Source: Macrostomum lignano
Lineage: Eukaryota
NCBI GenBank assembly: GCA_002269645.1
Contig: NIVC01002810.1
Coordinates: 1-44,076 of the forward strand
Direction: 5' to 3'
Length of the DNA: 44,076 nt
Within the stretch, counting starts at the first letter, position 1. Each line of letters opens with the position of its first letter. The position numbers and the translations under genes are program-made. The notes under the pieces were generated by a model. That model ran no database searches. It was given only the letters and a program-made list of their open reading frames with translations, and was not told the origin of the DNA. Positions 34,799 to 44,076 of the stretch are shown one piece after another.

Positions 34799-36002
34799 AA
34801 ACGAGAGAAAGAAGCGAGACTGCTGCCGTCATATGCAAGACCTGACCAAGACCTGAATGAAATTGCCAAGATGGAGGACATGGGCAAAGTCTTGTCTACT
34901 GAGAAGGCAACAGCTACGTTCGCTGCTTGCTTCCGAAAGTTTCTTGAAGATCGAGGACTGCCATCACAACTTGAGACGATACCGACTCGATATTTATGTC
35001 AGTATCTGCGCCTGTACTTTTTGTGGTTAAAAAGGATGATGGAACCGCGTACAGTTGCAGTTCTCTGGTATGTATGCGCGCAGGAATCCACCGGTACTTG
35101 AAGAATTTACGAGGATTGGATATCATCGGCAATGTTGAATTTAGCGCTTTTGAGAAGACTTTCAGGGCTGCTCTTACGTACTCGCTGAAGAAACCAGCTT
35201 CAGTGATGGATGGTGACGGTGGGTATCGCGCATTAGAGCCTGAAGATTTGGCGTTGTTGCGTGCGTATTTTGACCGTAGCTCGCCACAGAAACTGCAACA
35301 GGAAGTCTTCTTTCTCCTGAGCTCGCACTTTGCCTTTCGTGGACGTGAATGGATTCGAGGGCTTGAGAAAAAGATGTAATTCTGCGGGAATCTACTGCGG
35401 GTATGATATGCGTTGACTTATCGAAGGAAAAGAAAGAAAAGTGTGTGTCCGCCGATGCCCCTCGGTCCAATCGGGAGATTGGGATTTTTCCTGTGCAAGA
35501 CAAGTCTGTGTGTCCAGTTGAAGCGATCAAACTGTATCTTTCGAAGCTTCCATCTGAGAATAGCTGTCTGTTTCCCAGGCCTGCCATCAAGTGGCAGAAT
35601 GGAGCATGGTATTGCCCAAAGGACGAATTGGGCAAGAACTCATTGGCCAACATGATGAAGACGATCTCGAAAGCGGCCAGGCTCTCGCGGAAATACACTA
35701 ACCATTCTATCCGCGCAACAACCATAACAAGCCTGTCGTCTGCTGGATTCAGTGCCGAAGCGATTCAAACCGTCTCCGGACACAAAAAGGTGGATAGTGT
35801 TGTCCGTTATACAAAGCGGACAACGGTGGCCCAGAAGCGAGCATTGTCTTCTGCAATCACAGATAGTCTACATGCCTCTACGTCGAGCGTGGTCAGTAAT
35901 CAAGCACAAGAGTCAGTTGCACTGTGCGAACAGTCATCTAGCGTTCCAACTGCCGTCACAACTATTGGCCAGCCTAATAAATCCGGCCCGACGATCGTCT
36001 AA
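34799..36002 (+). pseudogene. Crypton-like tyrosine recombinase (DUF3504/KCTD1-like), near complete, two -1 frameshifts
   Basis: The joined ORFs give KKDDGTAYSCSSL, HFAFRGRE, CPVEAIKLYLSK, LFPRP, LGKNSL, YTNHSIRATTIT and SGHKKVDSVVRY. The catalytic R...HxxR...H...Y set is present. Confidence 0.88.
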
Positions 36003-36576
36003 AAAACGGGGCTAAATGTTACGTTTATATATGAGTGCGAAAAGAACGCTTTGCAAAAGTTGAATTTGGCTCTAGACTCTGACTGCTTTGTTTGATTTGT
36101 TTGTTTGTCTTTTGATTATTTGGCTGAAATACATGAAATGGAAATAATCCATTATCGGCCCGAATTTTTGTGGCCAAAATGAAATCGTCTATGGCAATAA
36201 TCAAATATAAGCCCGCCCGATATAGCCACGTAGTCATGGTACAATATTTTGTCTATGGTAAAAATTATCGCAACTTTGATTTCACTCGATAGTGTATGTG
36301 TATGTATATGTATGTGTATGTGTATTTCACTCTGTGTATGTGGTTTTAGCGTCACTTCTGTATAATGTCCTTAGGTTCTGGATAATGTCCACGACTTGTG
36401 GATAATGTCCACAATTAATTTAGCAAAACAGCATACCACACAGTAACAAACAATACAATACAATGCACAGTACAAAGAGGTGACAAGAAGCACTAGGAAA
36501 TACAGTCAAATTTCAATAAGGCTAAAGTCTCGAAATATTTTGGCTTGTAGTTGTAGTTTCAGTTCCACATGAATTC

Positions 36577-36945
36577 TCAGACCGCGCATTGGTTCAACGT
36601 GTATTTTTGCATGACGAAGATGTTCTTGCCATTTGGGTGAGCGTTTGCGAAGTTGACCACCTCCTGGACCGTTGAGCTCTGAATGTTGACTGGGCAGACG
36701 CTTGTGTTGACTGCTGGGCTATCTGTTGTACTGGCTGATGGGCACGCGCTCGTAATAGCATGTCCATCTGAATCCGGTGTAATGTTTTTCTCTATGTTCA
36801 GTACCTTGCTAACGGTGTCGCTGCACTTCTTTAGCACCTTGTCACGTCTGATTGAGAGATATCGGCGAACGGTCTTTTCGCACTTCTGGCCGGTTATCGC
36901 CATGATGTCGGGCCATGGAATGTCCAGCAGCTGCTTCTAAGTCGC
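36577..36945 (-). pseudogene. Tyrosine recombinase C-terminal fragment (another Crypton-like copy)
   Basis: The in-frame extension upstream of the listed ORF reads KQLLDIPWPDIMAITGQKCEKTVRRY, paralleling AIQTVSGHKKVDSVVRY, and is followed by a similar Ser/Thr-rich tail. Confidence 0.55.
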
Positions 36946-37554
36946 ACACCCTGCTGACTCTAACCAGAAGAAAGACATCGAATCGGCAAGTTAGCCCAGT
37001 TAATCAGATGCACTTGGTCTGCCATGATGTTTTTCTAGCTAGTAGGGTTATTTGAGAGATTTCATTTTCTCCATCCTCTCTCCCCCTCAATGCCTTTTTT
37101 CGAAAACATAGTCTATGGCCAAAAATATGATAAGCAGCCTATGGCCGTACAAGTTCAACCAAATATTCTGTCTATGGTACTTCCGAGCTACGCGCACTCG
37201 TGATCTAGGCGTTGCTGAATTTAGCCAACTCGTGCCCCACCCTCATTATCCCGAGTTCTGACCTTCGTCTTAACACACCCATTACATTTAATAAAATGAG
37301 CTGTTAAATTCACACTTTAAACTCAGAACCATTAGACAAAATTGGTATATTTTGTTACGCAGAAAGCGATTAAAGTGAATAAGAATTTTGTGGGGCACAT
37401 AGCGAACAAGTCAAAACTGCAACTTTCACTAAACTGTCAGACGACGCGTGATTATTCAGATATGTTCTCACGGGCCAAGGGCAGAAAGCGCAGTGTGTTA
37501 GCAAACTAGACTGTACTCTTGGCAACTGTGGTTGACATCCACGCCTGACTCCGA

Positions 37555-38124
37555 GACTGGAATCAGACCCCTGTACACTTGGACTGGAATCAGACCCCTG
37601 TACACTTGGACTGGAATCAGACCCCTGTACACTTGGACTGGAATCAGACCCCTGTACACTTGAACTGGAAACAGACCCCTGCACACTTGGACTGGAATCA
37701 GACCCCTGTACACTTGGACTGGAAACAGACCCCTGTACACTTGGACTGGAAACAGACCCCTGTACACTTGGACTGGAATCAGACCCCTGTACACTTGGAC
37801 TGGAATCAGACCCCTGTACACTTGGACTGGAATCAGACCCCTGTACACTTGAACTGGAAACAGACCCCTGTACACTTGAACTGGAAACAGACCCCTGCAC
37901 ACTTGGACTGGAAACAGACCCCTGCACACTTGGACTGGAATCAGACCCCTGTACACTTGGACTGGAAACAGACCTTTGTACACTTGGACTGGAATCAGAC
38001 CCCTGTACACTTGGACTGGAATCAGACCCCTGTACACTTGGACTGGAAGCAGACCCCTGTACACTTGGACTGGAAGCAGACCCCTGCACACTTGGACTGG
38101 AAACAGACCCCTGTACACACTTGG
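37555..38124. repeat. 27-bp minisatellite, ~21 copies
   Basis: gactggaatcagacccctgtacacttg. Confidence 0.97.
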
Positions 38125-38385
38125 ATTCGACTTTATAATTAGGCAGCTATGCAAACCGAGGTATCTTGTTGTTTTTTAAGGCTTACACATCATGAGCTTA
38201 ATAAACGAGGTTATGTAACAATATACATAAAATTTAAGGTTTGCAAGTCTCGCAGACACAAATGGCTATTCTAAAACATACGGTTTTGGACATTGAACCA
38301 AGACTCAAATTCGTAATAGTTTTTCGATGTGGATGCCATACATGTATAACAGAAAAAACGACAGCAAAACCTGGCTGCAATATTA

Positions 38386-39313
38386 GTTAGTACTCTCATT
38401 TGTAATATAAGTTAGTACACTCAATTGTAATATAAGTTAGTACACTCATTTGTAATAAGTTAGTACACTCAATTGTAATATAAGTTAGTACACTCATTTG
38501 TAATATAAGTTAGTACACTCAATTGTAATATAAGTTAGTACACTCATTTGTAATATAAGTTAGTAAACTCAATTGTAATATAAGTTAGTACACTCATTTG
38601 TAATATAAGTTAGTACACTCATTTGTAATATAAGTTAGTACAATAAATTGTAATATAAGTTAGTACACTCATTTGTAATATAAGTTAGTACAATCAATTG
38701 TAATATAAGTTAGTACACTCAATTGTAATATATAAGTTAGTACACTCATTTGTAATATAAGTTAGTACAATCAATTGTAATATAAGTTAGTACACTCAAT
38801 TGTAATATAAGTTAGTACACTCAATTGCAATATAAGTTAGTACACTCATTTGTAATATAAGTTAGTACAATCAATTGTAATATAAGTTAGTACAATCAAT
38901 TGTAATATTAGTTAGTACACTCATTTGTAATATAAGTTAGTACACTCAATTGTAATATAAGTTAGTACACTCAATTGTAATATAAGTTAGTACACTCAAT
39001 TGTAATATAAGTTAGTACACTCATTTGTAATATAAGTTAGTACAATCAATTGTAATATAAGTTAGTACACTCATTTGTAATATAAGTTAGTACAATCAAT
39101 TGTAATATTAGTTAGTACACTCATTTGTAATATAAGTTAGTACAATCAATTGTAATATAAGTTAGTACACTCATTTGTAATATAAGTTAGTACACTCAAT
39201 TGTAATATAAGTTAGTACAATCAATTGTAATATTAGTTAGTACACTCAATTGTAATATAAGTTAGTACACTCAATTATATTATACGAGTACTGTAAGTTA
39301 GTACACTCAATTG
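38386..39313. repeat. 25-bp AT-rich minisatellite, ~36 copies
   Basis: gttagtacactca(a/t)ttgtaatataa. Confidence 0.97.
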
Positions 39314-40132
39314 CATGTGCAATTATTATGAAGGATATTGATCGAACAGCTGACGTCAAGGACTACGCTAGTATAAAGACGGGAAACTACATTTCTTGGA
39401 GGCGGGTTTTACCATTATCAATTATCTATTTTATTTATTAGTCTTTTTATCGTTTTCAGCTCACTGCATGTGTAACAAAATTTATGACAGGATTAATAGA
39501 GCTATAAGAAAGGCTAAACAAATCAAAAGATGAACATTGGGTTTGCCTCCTATTAAAAGCAATAACAGTTTTTTGTGCTGAGAAAAAACGAAAATTAAAA
39601 TCCCCGTACTGTATTGTTTTGTAAAACCGGCCTCCTAAAATTTCCTAAGAAACGTACATGTAATTTCCGGTCCTTCTACGAGTATTTGAGTAGTATATGT
39701 AACTGGTGGAAGTAAAATAGCTTATTTTTCAGTCTGTATTCTCTAATGGAAACTCCTATAACGAGAACTAAGAACCGACATACATGTACAGTACAGTAAA
39801 TATTTTGCCAGTTGAATTGAGAGTTGGATTTAAAAAGTATCGATTTGGAACAAATGGTACCACATTTTTAATACAGTTATTCTTTGAAATCAAGCATGGA
39901 CTGCATAAGCGATAAGTTTTGACTGCATGGAGCGAGCAGGTCTTCATAATAAGGGTCCCGGTACACGTTCATCAAAGGCATCGTAATCCTTGTCAATTGA
40001 TGAGGTGAGTCGGAAAACTTGCTTCAGCATTCCAGCTAGACAGAGCTACTGTCAGCCGACTGCCAGGGGTTTCGCTGTGAGCAGCCGGCGCAGCGGACAC
40101 CATCCGCAGGCTGGAATCGTCGACAGTTTCCT

Positions 40133-41203
40133 TCATCGGCTCCCGGGCCGCCTACTGATCGACCATCTGGCGCCGGCGCCGTCTGTTTTAGTCCGCTCGC
40201 TCGCTCTAGGAATTTTTCGGGCGAGCCAGCGAAACATCAGCTTCAGATCCTGCTTGAACACCGGCGAGGTGAAGCTGAAGATGAAGAAGTGCGTGAGGTG
40301 GTTCAGCTCCTCCAGCATCTTCCAGGTGAACTCGAGGTGAACGCAGGTCACGGGGTGCTTCTCAAAATTGCACCAATCGCTGGCGCGGATGTGCCAGACA
40401 ACTATTGGAGCAGTGAAAAGAAGGTGGCACAGCGCCATGCAGAACACGGTAAAAATATTTTGTATGAATTTCGTCTCTGGTTGTTTCCTGGAGCTGTTGA
40501 GCCACTCGCGCCGTTGCGGGACAGTCGGCGGCGTCTCCTGCCGAGCTGGATGACAATCACGGCGTTCAGACCCACAATAAGAACGAAAGGCAAGTACGAG
40601 TACGCTATGGAGTCCAGCGTGTGGAAGTAGGACGCCAGGTGCTGGAACTGTGGCCTAGCATCGCACTGCTCACCCGAGACATGGATTATAACCGGCAGAT
40701 AGATAGTAGCACATGCACACACGATGGCAACAGTTGCCAGGGATACCAGGCCGTTTCTGATCCGACAGATTAATTTCATGTCGAATGGCCGAATGACGCA
40801 AATAAGACGCTCGAAGCACATGAGACAAATAATCCATACAGAAAATGTACTAAGCCAGGTGTGCAAGAACAGGGGAAGTTTGCAGCCGAGCACCTGGTAA
40901 AGATCAATGCAGGAGACAGTCATGAGCAGGTGGCGCAAACAGCTCTGGCTCAGCACGACGGTGTCCACTCCGCAGAGTCCAGTCAGGTAGAGCGACGTTG
41001 AGCCTGCGAGTCGCGGATTCGGCGAGACCAAATTACCATGGAGACAACATCCGCGGGCACGCCAACAAAGATGAAGACGATTGGGTAGACCAGAACAAGT
41101 AGCGAACGAGAAGGTCGGAGTCCTCGCCGTCGAACACTCCGTGCGTGCCGTTTATTGAACAGGCCGGCAGCAGCCAGGTTGGGCGTTCTGGCTGCGGCTG
41201 CAT
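40133..41203 (-). pseudogene. Intronless rhodopsin-family (class A) peptide GPCR, FMRFamide-receptor-like; three apparent frameshifts (pseudogene or assembly error)
   Basis: Across frames: MQPQ...NGT (N-glycosylation site), LVYPIVFIFVGVPADVVSMVIWSR (TM1), STSLYLTGLCGVDTVVL (TM2), MCFERLICV (DRY-equivalent), YSYLPFVLIVGLN (TM5), FCMALCHLLFTAP (TM6), ELNHLTHFFIFSFTSPVFKQDL (TM7/H8). Confidence 0.85.
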
Positions 41204-42491
41204 ATGGTTCTAGAATCTAGATGGCGCTTCAGAGGACCCAGTAGCTGACGCTCGCAACCGATGCTTGTCAACAAGCTGCTCTGCTCGTCTTCGACCTAAA
41301 TATAGATGCTGCAGTCCCCTCCGCTAGCGCCGAGCGTCAGAGAGGCCATTGGCTGTTAGCGACTTCTGCCAGGCTGATGATGCAGATGGGAATGGGGGGT
41401 TTGGGAAGGCAGTGCACAGAGTGCCGGCCCGATGCAAATGAAGCAGAGCTATCTAGAAAATTCAGGCGCAGAGTGGGCTAGAGCCTAGAGGGTGCTTTAC
41501 ATGTACAACAAATATCATTGTAGCAATCGGAAGGGAACGAATTGTGGGACGATGGAGCCAGTAAGTACCATAGGAAAAAATGCGAGCGAACTTTAATAAC
41601 ATATAAAATGCGCTTTTTGTACCCAAAGAGTATCGCTTTTGACGATCTAAATGGGAATTTGGACAATCAAAACGGGACTCGGGCTGCTTGGGTACACAAC
41701 CATAGAATGTGGAGTAGACAATCAAAATGGTAAAAAAGCCATTCAAAACGGGAATTCGCCCAATTTAATGAATTTTTTATTTTGTCAGGGCCCACACTGG
41801 AATATTTAAAAGTGAACAGTGTCCGTTACGGAAAGCAAAACAAAAGTAACTCAGAATTCCTTGAGCGTCAGGAAATGATTTTCAGAGTTTCTCAACCAAG
41901 AGAGTTTCTCAATCGGGCTTGCACAGATCCATCTTTCGACAACCGCGAGGAAGGGATTCCACTCTTGTTGTTCTCTAGCAGTGAAAGTCCAGCTGTTTAC
42001 GAACGTGGCACAGCTAGAGAATCACCACTGTAGGAGCCATATAGAGTACGTCTAGACGCATAAACGCCCTGCCCCAGCAAGTTGCTGGCAATTGCATTTG
42101 TACATGCATCATTAAACGATCGACCATGTGCCCTAAGAGATAGTGTGGCAAGTTCAAGCTTTCTCAATAATTTAGCTTTAGACTATAATGGACGCTCAAT
42201 TCTGCAAAGAATGATTTATGAAAGGTACAGTGTAAAGTTATAGACATTGAAGTGTCCCCTGTTTGGGTCACCTGTTGTTAAACTCAACGAATGGCTCTTA
42301 TCATCGACATCGTACGCTTCTCTACCAAGCTAAATGCTACGAGTACAAGCCCATGTTATTGCGTTCATATTAAAATTCCAGAAACTGTTTAGTCCAAGCG
42401 CAATGATAATTCTTTATTCATACCGAATTTGAATTCTTGCTTAAGCTACACTACATGTACGGGTATGCTTTTTGCAGAGCAGAGAAATTTC

Positions 42492-42646
42492 TGATGCTAT
42501 TGGGGCGGTGAAATGTTTGATGCTGTTGTGGGCGGTGAAATGTTTGATGCTGTTGTGGGCGGTGAAATGTTTGATGCTGTTGTGAGCGTGAAACGTTTGA
42601 TGCTGTTGTGGGCGGTAAAATGTTTGATGTTATTGTGGGCGGTGAT
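42492..42646. repeat. 27-bp tandem repeat, ~5.5 copies
   Basis: gggcggtgaaatgtttgatgctgttgt. Confidence 0.92.
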
Positions 42647-44076
42647 AGCGATAAAGGATCGTGAGCAAATTTGGTAACTTTTGTAGCAGTAACTTTCGGA
42701 TTTCCGGCACGCATTTATATGAAAAAATGTTTGATATTTTCCGGCTTCTCAGTGTTATTTTTTTATCAGAGGCTGTTTCCTTAGGCGCACCGAAGACATT
42801 GTCACACAAGCGGCGAGAGGCATTACTGCCGAACATTCCGCACTCCCCTGAGCAGGCATACAAGCGCGCGGATACGTACGCAGCCTTACGCACTGGAGTG
42901 CACAGAGGCTCTAACTTTATTTATCGCTAGGCATGTACACTCCACTGTGCCTCGAGGCTTGGCTCTATCAGTGCTATCAGCGCAGAAAATATTTCTGCAT
43001 CGTGGTAGCCGCCTAGTCAGTCAGGGTTTTACTCCAGCACTTGTACGACGTAAAGATAAGATTGAGTTCGTCACTTCTTGCTTCATAATTTATTCGCACC
43101 AAATCACAGCAGCCCGTGGTCTGTTCAATAACTACGATTGCAGCATCGGTGGCCACAACCGGCGTTGCTGCTGGCTGCTTCCAGAAAAAATTGCACAGTC
43201 CATGTAATCAGACACCCATTGTAGTGGGGCTCACGTGAAAGCCAGAAAGATAGTTCACAGTGCTGCCCTAGTGTTAGCAGAATTCTGAGATGGCCGACTC
43301 AGATTTCAAAGAAATAGCAGTAGCAATTAAAAGCTATAACGCTTACTGATGATGATTAGGGGAGGAAAACGTTTAGCAAACAGACATTGACGAATTATTT
43401 ATTTTTGAACAAGTACTATATGTACTACTATTATGAGGTGGTCAGTAACTAACTACTGAAATATTCTGAGTTATGCTTGCCCTAGCTTTGATTCGCCCTC
43501 AGAGTGCAACTAATGACCAAGAACCGCTGACAACTAATGCCATCATATTATTGACACTAGAATTGCTGTCACAAGCCGGAGCAACGACAACAATGCAAAA
43601 TAGATATTTCATAGACAGGAAAGGCAGGGATTGAAGCCGCTAGCAGATGATTCTTTATTGAAAATCACAAGGTGAAAATGGATACCTAATGATTTAGGAC
43701 TGCTTAAATTTTAAAATTAACACGACAGGGCGATACACCGAAAAACTGCTTCGCTTAAGGAACTCAATTTTGCTGATAGAAACTACTCGTAGGAATGAAG
43801 CAAAGCAGTTGTGTTATCTACAATGAAGCTTTTGAAATACATTAAAAACTCAGAAGCAAGAAACTTTAACATTGAAGCAGTTAGTTTAAATTCCTGTGTG
43901 CTGCTACTAATGCCTTTGAGCCCAGATGAGGCGACATAAACCCGCAAGCAGTGTTAACCAGTCCGTATATGCGAGTTAGCGAACAACTCTGACAGAAAGG
44001 AAACCAGCAACCCTTTCCCACCAAAAAACAGGGCAAGTTCATAAGAATAAAGACCGACACACTTTGCTTTACATCT

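Noticed and set aside
35020-35375. Programmed -1 ribosomal frameshifting in the Crypton gene
   Set aside because: Neither site forms a full X XXY YYZ slippery heptamer. Homopolymer error or decay is simpler.
37370-38179. Mucin- or antifreeze-like (SSPSVQGSD)n ORF and overlapping ORFs
   Set aside because: The 27-bp unit is open in several frames on both strands, which is expected for a stop-free repeat. There is no signal peptide or other support.
29076-39313. Arrays as possible CRISPR loci
   Set aside because: The units are contiguous with no unique spacers, there are no cas genes, and the context is eukaryotic.

Overview
Eukaryotic (invertebrate animal) genomic DNA dominated by nested transposable elements and minisatellites. 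GC-rich, intron-poor genes set in repeat-rich flanks are reminiscent of a flatworm such as Macrostomum; this is an inference only. Host genes: a two-exon SLC12A8/CCC9-like transporter (24729-26865, +) and an intronless rhodopsin-family peptide GPCR with apparent frameshifts (40133-41203, -). About 14 kb upstream of SLC12A8 is a layered insertion complex. It comprises an hAT-like MITE followed by a head-to-tail trimer of a non-autonomous Helitron-like element (11258-24426). The trimer hosts a Penelope fragment, a Mutator-like foldback element and an apparently intact RAG1-related (Chapaev-type) DDE transposon with ~216-bp TIRs whose ends resemble a heptamer/23-bp spacer/nonamer RSS. The window also holds nested Penelope-like GIY-YIG fragments with minimal hammerhead ribozyme motifs, a Tc1/IS630-like deletion derivative, a cluster of three Crypton-like tyrosine recombinase pieces and five minisatellite arrays. 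Most long ORFs in the supplied track are artefacts of low-complexity or tandem repeats.
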